The notes beneath the pieces are model-generated. The model saw only the letters and a list, made by a program, of their open reading frames with translations, was not told the DNA's origin and did not search any database. Made by a program: the position numbers and the translations under genes. A stretch of DNA of 64,000 bases from Minisyncoccia bacterium (GTDB lineage Bacteria > Patescibacteriota > Minisyncoccia > UBA6257 > JAAZHW01), in assembly GCA_049720475.1 (NCBI GenBank), contig JBNASH010000036.1:1339-65338 (forward strand). The letters run 5' to 3'. Numbering within the stretch: position 1 is the stretch's first letter; each line of letters begins with the position of its first letter. Below are positions 1 through 9,147 of the stretch, one piece after another.

Positions 1-557
1 AAAAACTAAAAAAGGAATTGGCGGTTTTGAGGAAAATAGCGATTAAAGATCCTTTAACGGGCTTGTATAACAGAAGGGGATTATTGGAAGAAGGGGAAAA
101 ATTTTTAAAAGTAATGGAACGGTTAAAAAGCGATAGATTTTCTGGCGGTAATACTTCTTTTAATCTAGGTGTTATTTTAATTGATTTGGATGATTTTAAA
201 AGGATTAATGACTTCTATGGCCATAAAACCGGTGATGAAGTTTTAAAGAAAATTGCAATTTTATTAGAAGAATCCCTGCGAAAATCAGATATTATTAGCC
301 GTTGGGGGGGTGATGAGTTTGCAATATTGATTTTTGATATTAATAAAAATGTTTTGATGGGAATTGCCCAGCGTCTTCAGGAAAAAATTTGTAATTATAA
401 TTTTCGGGTTAAAAATCGGAAAATTGTCCTAACTATTAGTTTAGGCGCCACTCTTTTTTCAAGTGTTAATTTAGATTTAGAAAGAGAAATAGAAAAAGCT
501 GATAAAGCGATGTATCGAGCTAAAAAAAGAGGAAAGAATAAATTTGTTATTGTTTAA
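1..557 (+). CDS. GGDEF-domain diguanylate cyclase, 5' end truncated by window edge (ORF track 18..557; frame is open back to position 1)
   Basis: Translation has DPLTGLYNRRG and RWGGDEFAILIF (GGDEF active-site motif); reading frame open to position 1. Confidence 0.8.
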   Translation, partial: KLKKELAVLRKIAIKDPLTGLYNRRGLLEEGEKFLKVMERLKSDRFSGGNTSFNLGVILIDLDDFKRINDFYGHKTGDEVLKKIAILLEESLRKSDIISRWGGDEFAILIFDINKNVLMGIAQRLQEKICNYNFRVKNRKIVLTISLGATLFSSVNLDLEREIEKADKAMYRAKKRGKNKFVIV

Positions 558-574
558 AAAATTAAAGATTCTTT

Positions 575-2023
575 ATGCAAAAAAAATTTAAACGTTTATT
601 ATTTTTCATTGTTTCTTTTTTGTTTTTAATTATTGCGGGTTTTTTTGTTGCTTATTCCTTTGGTTACCGTTGGGATCATGGAGATTGGAAATTTGTAAAA
701 ACAGGGGGTTTATATTTAAGAGTTTATAATAGCAAGCCGGAAGTTTATTTGAATAATCAATACTTAAAAAAAGCCACGCCTGGATTATTAAGCAGTGGCA
801 TTTTTTTACCTAATTTAATTCCAGATAATTATTCTATTTCAATCAAAAAACCAAATTATTTTTCTTGGGAGAAAGAAACAAAAATCGAACCACAAATGGT
901 AACGACTTTTTCTTCGGTTGTTTTGTTGCCAAAAAATCCTCTGGTAGAGGATGTATATTCATTAGGTGCAACTTCAACTTTAGAAATAACAAAAATTTTA
1001 CCTTTAAAAAATTATAAAGAAATAATTATCCAAGGAATTGAAACGACAACCTCTACAAATGCCCTAGTTTTTATTTATAATTTTAACAACCAAAACCAAA
1101 CAGAAATTTATAGAAAGAAAATAAACAAAGGAGAGAGTTTTAATTTAATTCCTAATTTAATTATTGCTGATAATGATGCCAACGAAATAATTTTTTCTTT
1201 AACGGTTAATAAAACGACAAATTTTTATTTATGGCAAAGAATCAACCCAGAAAATTTAAAAAACATTTCCCAATTAATCATCTCCCAATTTAAATTAAAA
1301 AACCCCATTAAAAAAATAGATTTTTATCCTAACGCCGAAAACAAATTTATTGTTTTGACCGGAACTGATTTGGCTGTCGTTGATTTGAATAAAAATGAGA
1401 TTAAAAAAATATTTTTAGATGTGAAAGATTTTGTGAGAAAAGATTACAATCTTTTTATAATTAACAATCAAAACGCCGCTTTTAGTTATAATTTGATTTT
1501 AGACACTAGCTCGCCATTAGGAATTTTAGAATTAGATTCGAAAAATGGTATTGAAAAAATTGAAATATCGCCTAAAAATACCTACTATGCTATTTGGTTG
1601 AGAAATAAAGATTTATATCTTATGAAAAGTGGAGAAGAAATGTTAAAAATTACCGATGTCGATTTGTTCGCTTTTTCGAATGATGATAAAAAATTAGCTT
1701 ATATCACCAATGGTGAATTACGAGTTAGATATTTGGTCGATTATAATGGTGATGTTTTATATAAAAAAGGGGACGATGTTTTGATAAAAAAATTAGAGGA
1801 TGGCGCGGATAATTTAATTTGGCACGCCGATTTAAACCACTTAATTTATCAAAAAAATAATAAAATTTATTTTGCGGAAATTGATGTGCGGGATAAAGTA
1901 AATGTTTTTGATTTAGAATTTGATTTTAAAAACTTTTATTTAGAGGGAGATAAAAATGGAACAGTTTTTACTTGGAATGATAAATTAATTAAAAGAATAA
2001 ATCTTCTTTTTGAACAATTTTAA
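575..2023 (+). CDS. hypothetical membrane-anchored protein, possible beta-propeller-like repeats
   Basis: N-terminal hydrophobic helix (LLFFIVSFLFLIIAGFFVAY) followed by long soluble repetitive region; no recognisable catalytic motif. Confidence 0.4.
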   Translation: MQKKFKRLLFFIVSFLFLIIAGFFVAYSFGYRWDHGDWKFVKTGGLYLRVYNSKPEVYLNNQYLKKATPGLLSSGIFLPNLIPDNYSISIKKPNYFSWEKETKIEPQMVTTFSSVVLLPKNPLVEDVYSLGATSTLEITKILPLKNYKEIIIQGIETTTSTNALVFIYNFNNQNQTEIYRKKINKGESFNLIPNLIIADNDANEIIFSLTVNKTTNFYLWQRINPENLKNISQLIISQFKLKNPIKKIDFYPNAENKFIVLTGTDLAVVDLNKNEIKKIFLDVKDFVRKDYNLFIINNQNAAFSYNLILDTSSPLGILELDSKNGIEKIEISPKNTYYAIWLRNKDLYLMKSGEEMLKITDVDLFAFSNDDKKLAYITNGELRVRYLVDYNGDVLYKKGDDVLIKKLEDGADNLIWHADLNHLIYQKNNKIYFAEIDVRDKVNVFDLEFDFKNFYLEGDKNGTVFTWNDKLIKRINLLFEQF

Positions 2024-2063
2024 TTGATTTTTAAGAATAAATCTGCTACATTAAAAAGAGATT

Positions 2064-3743
2064 ATGGAACAAAATGATAAAAATGCACAATTGGCGGAAA
2101 TGATTAAAAAAGCGCAATTAGCCGCTGAAGAAAGAGAGGCGGAGCGATTAGCTAAATCTCTTGGTTTTAAATATGGCGATTTGACCAAAATTGCTTCTCA
2201 AACAGATGCGTTGGAGTTAATTAGCGAGGAAGAGGCAAAAACTGCTCTCTGTGCGCCTTTTATGTTAAAACAAAAAACGGTTTTGTTGGCTTGTAAAAAT
2301 CCGGCTTTGGAAGAAACAAAGAAAGTGATTGAAAAATTAAAAAATGATGGCTATGAATTAGAAATTTATGTTGTTTCGATGAAGTCTTTGGAAAACCTTT
2401 GGCAGGGATATCGTTTTATTGTTAGTAGAAAAAAGGAAATTACCGGCGGCATTGAGGTGGATAAAGATAATTTGATAAGAATAATGGAAGAAGTTAAAAC
2501 CGTTCAACTTTTGCAAGAAAAAATAAAAAGCTTTAATAGTCCTTATATTTCTCAAATTTTTGAAATTATTATTGCTGGAGCGATTGTAATGGAGGCGTCG
2601 GATATTCATATTGAACCAGAAGAAAGCGGCGTTCGATTAAGATATCGTTTAGACGGTGTTTTACATGATGTTTCGGATTTAAGCCAGCACCATTATCGTT
2701 CCATCCTTTCTCGTATTAAATTGTTGGGCGGAATGAAAATTAATGTTCATACCGCGCCACAAGATGGAAGATTTACTATTAAGACTTATGATGTTGATAT
2801 AGAGGTGCGTGTTTCAATTATTCCCAGCGCTTATGGAGAAACAGTTGTGATGCGATTGCTTAATCCTAAAAACATTCGCTTAGATTTGAAAGATTTAGGT
2901 TTTCGCGAGGATGATTTAGCAATTATAGAGGAGCAAATTGAAAAACCGAACGGTATTATTTTAAATACTGGTCCAACGGGCTCTGGTAAAACAACGACTT
3001 TATACGCCTTTTTGCGTCGTATTTATAATCCCGAGATAAAAATTATTACTGTTGAAGACCCAATTGAATATCATTTGGAAGGCATTACACAAACACAAGT
3101 TAATCCAGCGCGTAATTATACTTTTGCTTCTGGTTTGCGTTCGATTTTGCGTCAAGATCCTGATGTTATTTTGGTAGGTGAGATTCGTGATAATGAAACA
3201 GCTGAAATTGCCATGCACGCTGCTTTAACTGGGCATTTAGTTTTTTCCACCCTACATACTAATGATGCTTGCGGCACCATTCCTCGGTTGTTAGATATGA
3301 ATATTCAGCCTGCTATTTTAGCTCCAGCTTTAAATTTGGCTATTGCCCAACGTTTAGTAAGAAAATTATGCCAGTATTGTAAAGAACCAGTGGAATTAAC
3401 GGCGGAACAAGCGGAGAAAATTCGAAAAATGGTTGAAAAAATGCCTGCTCGAGTTAAAAAACCGGAATTAGGAGAGAAAATTGTAATTTATAAATCCAAG
3501 GGCTGCGATCATTGTAATGGAACAGGTTATAAAGGAAGAGTGGCGGTAGCAGAATTATTAGTGGTTGATAGAGATATTCAAAATTTAATTACTCGTTCAG
3601 ACAAAATGCCGACAGCAGCCGAAATTAAAGATTTGGCAATTCAAAAAGGAATGACAACAATGGAAGATGATGCCATTTTGAAAATTTTGGCAGGCATTAC
3701 AAGTTTGTCAGAAGCCGAGAATGTTTTGGGTAAGATTTTGTAA
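2064..3743 (+). CDS. pilB: type IV pilus / type II secretion assembly ATPase (PilB/GspE family), copy 1
   Basis: Walker A GPTGSGKTTTLYA, GspE N-terminal domain, tetra-Cys CQYC...CDHC zinc motif, strong identity to second copy at 27435. Confidence 0.85.
   Translation: MEQNDKNAQLAEMIKKAQLAAEEREAERLAKSLGFKYGDLTKIASQTDALELISEEEAKTALCAPFMLKQKTVLLACKNPALEETKKVIEKLKNDGYELEIYVVSMKSLENLWQGYRFIVSRKKEITGGIEVDKDNLIRIMEEVKTVQLLQEKIKSFNSPYISQIFEIIIAGAIVMEASDIHIEPEESGVRLRYRLDGVLHDVSDLSQHHYRSILSRIKLLGGMKINVHTAPQDGRFTIKTYDVDIEVRVSIIPSAYGETVVMRLLNPKNIRLDLKDLGFREDDLAIIEEQIEKPNGIILNTGPTGSGKTTTLYAFLRRIYNPEIKIITVEDPIEYHLEGITQTQVNPARNYTFASGLRSILRQDPDVILVGEIRDNETAEIAMHAALTGHLVFSTLHTNDACGTIPRLLDMNIQPAILAPALNLAIAQRLVRKLCQYCKEPVELTAEQAEKIRKMVEKMPARVKKPELGEKIVIYKSKGCDHCNGTGYKGRVAVAELLVVDRDIQNLITRSDKMPTAAEIKDLAIQKGMTTMEDDAILKILAGITSLSEAENVLGKIL
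3120..3270 (+). repeat. nucleotide-level conserved paralogous segment shared by pilB-1 and pilB-2 (second copy about 28570-28720)
   Basis: e.g. ggtaggtgagattcgtgataatgaaac-gctga...gcacgctgctttaac present in both copies with only a few substitutions. Confidence 0.6.
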
Positions 3744-3766
3744 TCTTTGCGCTTATTTTTAAATTC

Positions 3767-3793
3767 AAAACCGCCCTTATAGGGGGCGGTTTT
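3767..3793 (+). terminator. intrinsic terminator hairpin after pilB-1 (palindromic, possibly bidirectional)
   Basis: aaaaccgccc-ttatagg-gggcggtttt: 10-bp GC-rich stem, A-run upstream and T-run downstream. Confidence 0.5.
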
Positions 3794-3804
3794 GAATTTG
3801 AGAA

Positions 3805-4000
3805 TAAAACAGCCTTTTTAACCCGGAGGCAATTTAATCTCGCAAAACAGGGCTGCGAGCTCAAGAATTTTTTAAGGCAATCCGCACAGGGCGGACGAAT
3901 AACCCAGCCGGAGCCAGGTTACCCTTAAAAAAATTCCCTATAGGCTATAAATTGGGTTAAAATTATAACGCCAATTGCCCCCAGGTTAAAAAGGCCGTTT
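3805..4000. ncRNA. candidate structured small RNA (6S-like closing stem?), identity unknown
   Basis: About 190 nt with GC well above local background, no ORF; long-range inverted repeat cagcctttttaacccggaggcaatt ... aattgcccccaggttaaaaaggccg closes the region; internal hairpins ctcgca/tgcgag and ccgc/gcgg; T-run after closing stem on + strand. Confidence 0.3.
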
Positions 4001-4196
4001 TTATATCTGTTCCATTATTTAATTAAAGAGCGTTCTAATTATAGCAAAAAATTATTTTTTGTCAATAGTTGACTAAAAGGAGATAAAATAGCAAAATATT
4101 TTAAATTAAAATGGTAAAAATTATTGTAGCAAAAAAAAGAAGTCAAGTCAAGATAACTGTGGATAACTTAATAAACCTGAAAAGAGGATTATTACA

Positions 4197-4224
4197 TTGA
4201 AAAGAACGGGGGATGTGTTATAAT
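4197..4224 (+). promoter_or_regulatory. sigma70-like promoter for ruvB (TTGAAA -16 nt- TGtTATAAT)
   Basis: -35 ttgaaa 4197-4202, extended -10 tgttataat ending 4224, ATG at 4241, no SD. Confidence 0.5.
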
Positions 4225-4240
4225 TTTAAATTGAAAAGAT

Positions 4241-5254
4241 ATGTCAAAGAATATTTTTAAAACCGATCCAATTTTAGACAACGCTTTGCGTCCAAAAAAG
4301 TGGCATGATTTTGTTGGCCAAGAAAAAGTTAAAGAAAATTTGAAAATAATGATTGAAGCGGCGCGCAAAAGAGCAGAAGCAGTAGACCATTTATTGTTTT
4401 ATGGTTGTGCTGGTTTGGGAAAGACAACACTTGCTTATTTAATTGCCCAGGAATTAGAAGCAAATATAAAAATCACTTCTGGGCCGGCCATTGAAAAGGC
4501 AGCTGATCTTGCTTCGTTGTTGGCTAATTTAGAAGAAGGAGATATTTTGTTTATTGATGAAATTCATCGTTTAAATAAAATGATTGAGGAAGTTTTATAT
4601 TCGGCAATGGAATCGCGCGTTTTAAATTTGGTATTAGGAAAAAAAGCATCAACGCGCGCTGTTCAAATTGATCTGCCCCCATTTACTTTAATTGGCGCCA
4701 CTACCCGCATTGGATTATTGTCTAGTCCTTTGCGTTCTCGTTTCGGAGCAATTTTTAAACTGGATTTTTATGAGATTGAAGATATTAAAAAAATTTTAGC
4801 CAACAACGCGCGATTGCTCAATATTGAAATGACGGAGGGCGCTAAAGAAATTTTAGCTAAGGCGAGTCGAGCAACCCCGCGCGTAGCCAATCGTTTATTA
4901 AAGCGCAGTCGAGATTTTGCTACAGTAGAAGGAAAAAAAGTAATTGATGAAGAAATTGCCCAAAAAACCCTAAAATTATTTGATATTGATGAATGGGGAT
5001 TGGAAGCAACCGACCGTCGTATTTTAGAGGTAATTGTTGATCGTTTTAATGGCGGGCCGGTGGGTATTAAAGCCTTGGCGGCAGCAACTAATGAAGAAGA
5101 AGATACAATTGAGGAGATTTACGAACCTTATTTGATGAGATTGGGATTACTGGAAAGAACTATCCGTGGCCGCATTGTAAGCGAAGCCGGTTATAAACAT
5201 TTAAACCTTTATCATTTAGCTAACAAAACACAGCAGAAAAAACTCATTGATTAA
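4241..5254 (+). CDS. ruvB: Holliday junction branch migration helicase RuvB
   Basis: AAA+ motifs GCAGLGKTTLA, LFIDEIHRL, sensor and winged-helix C-terminus typical of RuvB. Confidence 0.9.
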   Translation: MSKNIFKTDPILDNALRPKKWHDFVGQEKVKENLKIMIEAARKRAEAVDHLLFYGCAGLGKTTLAYLIAQELEANIKITSGPAIEKAADLASLLANLEEGDILFIDEIHRLNKMIEEVLYSAMESRVLNLVLGKKASTRAVQIDLPPFTLIGATTRIGLLSSPLRSRFGAIFKLDFYEIEDIKKILANNARLLNIEMTEGAKEILAKASRATPRVANRLLKRSRDFATVEGKKVIDEEIAQKTLKLFDIDEWGLEATDRRILEVIVDRFNGGPVGIKALAAATNEEEDTIEEIYEPYLMRLGLLERTIRGRIVSEAGYKHLNLYHLANKTQQKKLID

Positions 5255-6563
5255 AGGGAATTTTAGTATGAAAAATTTAGATTTTTTTACTAAGATTTTC
5301 TTTTTAATAGTCATTTTTCTTTTCTTTTGTTTTTTTAAGTCCCAAGCAGCCGGATCAATAATCATTAATGAAATTATGTATGATTTGGAGGGGGCGGATA
5401 ATGATATGGAATGGATTGAGTTAAAAAATATTTCTAGTGAGCCAGTTGATCTGAGTGGTTGGAAATTTAATGATGGCAGTAATCATTTGTTGAATCCTCC
5501 TCCAAAAAACGGAGGACAAGGCTCGATGATTGTTCCGCCAGAAGGCTTTGCAATTTTGGCTGATAAGGCAGATTTATTTTTGCAAACCCATCCAAATTTT
5601 TCAGGCATCGTAATTGATACGGTTATGAGTTTGAATAATACGGCGGCCACGTTGAAGTTAATTGATAAAAATGGTAATGTAGTTGAGGAAGTTTCTTATA
5701 ATAAAAATCAAGGCGGCAATGGTAATGGTTTTTCTTTGGAGCGAATATCTGATTCTGTTCCTGATTTTTGTGAGTCAAATGTTTTGGGAGGTACACCTGG
5801 CGAACAAAATAATTTTAATTGTCAAAAAGTAAATTCAAGTATTTCACCCAGCCAGCAACCAACTCCGGTAAATACTCCTTTGTCAACGCCAGTTGCTCAA
5901 ATTGAAGAAAATGAAAAAGAAGAAAATCTTACTCCTCCGCCAACGAGCAACAATATTATTAAAGTAAGAATTATCATCAATGAATTTTTGCCTAATCCGG
6001 TTGGCAATGATGAGGAGGGTGAATGGATTGAATTGTACAATGATAGTGAAACAGATGTACCATTGAAAGGGTGGCGGCTAGAAGATGTTAGTGGTCAAAA
6101 ATATTCTTTTAAGGATGAGGTTATCAAAGCAAAAGATTTTCTTGTTTTGCCTTATAAAACAACAAAAATTACTTTGAATAATAGTAATGAAACATTGACT
6201 TTGTTTTCTCCAAACAATGAAATGGCTTTTAAAATTAGTTATATAGGAAAAGCAGAAGAAGGATTTTCTTATGCGCGGATAGGTCCTAATAATTGGCAAT
6301 GGACTTCAATTTTGACGCCAGGCAAACCAAATCAATTTGAAAACACCCAAGCGAATAATCAGAAAAATTTTGAGGTTGATTCTATTGTTGAAGGAAATTT
6401 AACCAAAAATCAATCAAGCGTCGATCTTCCAACTTCTCAAGCCAACAATTATTCGCAAAAACAAACCAATAATTTTTCTGATAAAATTATCATAATGATT
6501 TTTGGAATTGGATTAGTTTTTAGTGTGGCAACGGCAATTTTTATCAAGAAAATTCTGCCTTAA
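5247..6563 (+). CDS. secreted/surface protein with two lamin-tail domains (LTD) and C-terminal membrane anchor; more likely start at 5268 (MKNLDFF)
   Basis: Two copies of the LTD signature INEIMYD...EWIELKN...L.GW and INEFLPNPVG...EWIELYN...LKGW; N-terminal signal/TM; C-terminal hydrophobic helix IIIMIFGIGLVFSVATAIFI. Confidence 0.6.
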   Translation: MIKGNFSMKNLDFFTKIFFLIVIFLFFCFFKSQAAGSIIINEIMYDLEGADNDMEWIELKNISSEPVDLSGWKFNDGSNHLLNPPPKNGGQGSMIVPPEGFAILADKADLFLQTHPNFSGIVIDTVMSLNNTAATLKLIDKNGNVVEEVSYNKNQGGNGNGFSLERISDSVPDFCESNVLGGTPGEQNNFNCQKVNSSISPSQQPTPVNTPLSTPVAQIEENEKEENLTPPPTSNNIIKVRIIINEFLPNPVGNDEEGEWIELYNDSETDVPLKGWRLEDVSGQKYSFKDEVIKAKDFLVLPYKTTKITLNNSNETLTLFSPNNEMAFKISYIGKAEEGFSYARIGPNNWQWTSILTPGKPNQFENTQANNQKNFEVDSIVEGNLTKNQSSVDLPTSQANNYSQKQTNNFSDKIIIMIFGIGLVFSVATAIFIKKILP

Positions 6564-6564
6564 T

Positions 6565-9147
6565 TTATTTCAGATCGGCCAATGTTTTGCCAATTGATGA
6601 TTGGACTTTAAGAGGGACGGAAAGCCACTCATTTTTTTCCATTATTTTTTGAATTTCATTTTTGGCCCAATCTATCCGATCTTCTTTAACTTCAAAAATT
6701 AATTCGTCATGGATTTGAAGGAGAGGTCGCACTTGATTTTTGAGATTATTTTTTAATATCCATTGATAAATGTTAATCATCGCTTTTTTTATAATATCAG
6801 CAGCCAGGCCTTGAATAGGGAAATTAATAGCGGCTCGTTCAGCTAAGCTCCGATATTTTTGATTGCCAGAGATTAAATCGTAAACCCATCGAATTCGGCC
6901 GGTTAAAGTTTTGACATAGCCTGTTTGTTGGGCTTCGGCCAAGGTATTAATCTGCCATTGGCGAACATTAGCAAAATCATGATAGTACTCATCAATAAAT
7001 TTTTTCGCTTCTTCCTTAGAAATATTAGCTGTTTCGCTAAAAGCTTTGGCACCCATTCCATAAAGCACGCCGAAATTTAATGTTTTTGCTTGTCGTCTCA
7101 TTTCAGGAGTAATCTTATCTGGCGAAGTATTATTAATTTCAGCGGCGGTGATGGTGTGAATATCGCCATCTTCTAGAAATACTTTTTTCATTTTGGGATC
7201 ATTGGAAAGCGAGGCAGCAATACGTAATTCAATTTGGGAATAATCAAATCCAAGAAAAAGATAACCATCGTCTGCCTTAAAACCTTTTCGAATTTTTTTT
7301 GCCCATTCGCTTTCGATGGGGATATTTTGAAGATTGGGGTTTTCAGAAGAAAGACGACCAGTGGCAGTGCCGGTTTGGTTGTAATTAGTGTGTAAACGCG
7401 AATTTTTATCTACCATTGATGGCAATGGGTCTAAATAAGTTGTTTTTAATTTCATTAATTCGCGATATTGAAGAATGAGAGGAATGATCGGATGAACATC
7501 TTTGAGTTTTATTAATTCTTCCTCTCGTGTGGAAAGAAGTCCGGTTGATGTTTTGGCTAATTTTTTATCAGTAATTTTTAATTGATTAAAAAGAATATCA
7601 GAAAGTTGTTTTGGTGAATTGAGATTAAATTCTTTTTTGGTGATATCGAAGATTTGCCGGGTGATTTGTTGAATTTCGTTATCAATCTCGGCGGTTAATT
7701 TTTTGAAATAATCAACATCGATTTTAATGCCCCACGTTTCCATTTGGGCCAAAACAGGAATTAAGGGCATTTCAATTTCAGAGCAAACCTTTTCAAGTCC
7801 CAATTCTTTTAATTTTTCTTTTTGGGCCTCATATATTTTTTGGATAATTTCCAGATTGTTAATCAAAGGCAGTGGTTTTTTAAAAAGATTGTGCCAGATT
7901 TTTTGCAGAGAATAGTTTTTATTTTCAGAATTAATCAGCCATTGGGCAATCCCAATATCATAAAAATTTTGATGCTCAAAAAGACCCAGTGTTTTAATAA
8001 TATTTTTTATGTCATAACCGATAATTTTTTTGTTTTGTAAATGAAGATAAAAATCAGCCGGCAATGAATCAATAGATCCTTTAAAAAATTTGTTATTGGT
8101 AAAAATTTGCAGTTCATTATTTTCAAAAAAGATAATGATTTCTTCAGAAAGATTTTTTAAGGGCATTTTTTCAAGGCTGAGCCATTCTGTCGTTGTGTTA
8201 AAAGAAGAATGGCTTAATTGTTGAGGATTATCATTTTGATTTGAGCTTTCTTTTAATTGAGCGATTAAACTTTCAAATTTCCATTGCTGAAAAAGTGGTA
8301 AAATGTCTTCAATTTTAATGTTGTTGAATTTTATCTCTTCAAGACTTTTTATTTCGAGGGGTACATTACAATTTAAAGTGGCAAGATACTTGCTAAAAAA
8401 AGCATCCTCTTTTTGTTCTAAAAGAAGATTTAAAATTTTGGGTTTAATCAAACGAGCTTTTTCTGATTGTAAAAAATTTTTGTCTTCTATTGTTTGATAA
8501 AGGTTTTCTAGTGAAGAAAAGTTTTTGATTAATTCGATAGCAGTTTTTTCGCCAATACCTTTAACGCCTAAAATATTATCCGAAGGGTCGCCTTTGAGAG
8601 CTTTGAAATCAACCAATTGGGTGGGCGATAGGCCTTCATACCTTTCTTTTACCAAATTTTCATTATAGATAATCGTATCTTGAAGACCTTTTTTCATTGT
8701 ATAAACTACTACTTTATCATCTTGAACTAATTGCAAAGTGTCTAAATCACCGGTTAAAATAATAATTTTTAAATCTTTTTCTGAGGAAAATTTTTTGACT
8801 AAGGTGCCAATAAGATCATCGGCTTCATAACCTGCTAATTCAAAATACTTAATTTTGGCTTTTTCAAAAAATTCTTTAACTTTGGCAAATTGAGAGATGA
8901 GCGCTTCGTCTGTTTTGGGGCGTGTTGCTTTATAATCTTTGTATTCTTTATGGCGAAAGGTTGGTTCAGCTAAATCAAAACAAGCAGCTAAATAGTCCGG
9001 TTTTAGTTCTTTTATTATTTTAAAAAGAAGGCGAATAGTGCCATAAACAGCGCCAATTGGTTCGTTGTTTGGCGTAGTTAAATTAGGCAAAGCGTGGTAA
9101 CAACGATGAATTAAAGCGTGTGAATCGATTAAAACCAGGGTTTTCAT
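6565..9147 (-). CDS. polA: DNA polymerase I
   Basis: N-terminal 5'-3' exonuclease (FEN-like) region, C-terminal family A polymerase motifs (RRQAKTLNFGVLYGMGA, QIHDELIFE). Confidence 0.9.
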   Translation of the reverse strand: MKTLVLIDSHALIHRCYHALPNLTTPNNEPIGAVYGTIRLLFKIIKELKPDYLAACFDLAEPTFRHKEYKDYKATRPKTDEALISQFAKVKEFFEKAKIKYFELAGYEADDLIGTLVKKFSSEKDLKIIILTGDLDTLQLVQDDKVVVYTMKKGLQDTIIYNENLVKERYEGLSPTQLVDFKALKGDPSDNILGVKGIGEKTAIELIKNFSSLENLYQTIEDKNFLQSEKARLIKPKILNLLLEQKEDAFFSKYLATLNCNVPLEIKSLEEIKFNNIKIEDILPLFQQWKFESLIAQLKESSNQNDNPQQLSHSSFNTTTEWLSLEKMPLKNLSEEIIIFFENNELQIFTNNKFFKGSIDSLPADFYLHLQNKKIIGYDIKNIIKTLGLFEHQNFYDIGIAQWLINSENKNYSLQKIWHNLFKKPLPLINNLEIIQKIYEAQKEKLKELGLEKVCSEIEMPLIPVLAQMETWGIKIDVDYFKKLTAEIDNEIQQITRQIFDITKKEFNLNSPKQLSDILFNQLKITDKKLAKTSTGLLSTREEELIKLKDVHPIIPLILQYRELMKLKTTYLDPLPSMVDKNSRLHTNYNQTGTATGRLSSENPNLQNIPIESEWAKKIRKGFKADDGYLFLGFDYSQIELRIAASLSNDPKMKKVFLEDGDIHTITAAEINNTSPDKITPEMRRQAKTLNFGVLYGMGAKAFSETANISKEEAKKFIDEYYHDFANVRQWQINTLAEAQQTGYVKTLTGRIRWVYDLISGNQKYRSLAERAAINFPIQGLAADIIKKAMINIYQWILKNNLKNQVRPLLQIHDELIFEVKEDRIDWAKNEIQKIMEKNEWLSVPLKVQSSIGKTLADLK

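Noticed and set aside
2358-2609. Many 60-120-aa ORFs on the strand opposite to annotated genes (e.g. 2358-2609, 3000-3218, 6078-6299, 7727-8040, 10381-10824, 16322-16657, 30879-31196, 35309-35674, 58590-58938)
   Set aside because: All lie fully inside longer well-supported genes on the other strand, have low-complexity AT-codon composition (Phe/Ile/Asn/Lys-rich) and no motifs. They are treated as antisense artefacts
3805-4000. tmRNA, RNase P RNA or SRP RNA identity for the GC-rich noncoding segment
   Set aside because: No tRNA-like 3' end (ttcgaat T-loop) for tmRNA, no CR-I/CR-V-like motifs and too short for RNase P RNA, and no SRP domain IV GGAA/AGCA motif. It is kept only as an unspecified structured-RNA candidate
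4151-4168. Chromosomal origin (oriC) at the DnaA-box sequence upstream of ruvB
   Set aside because: There is a single perfect box only, with no dnaA or dnaN nearby, and it is embedded between co-directional genes
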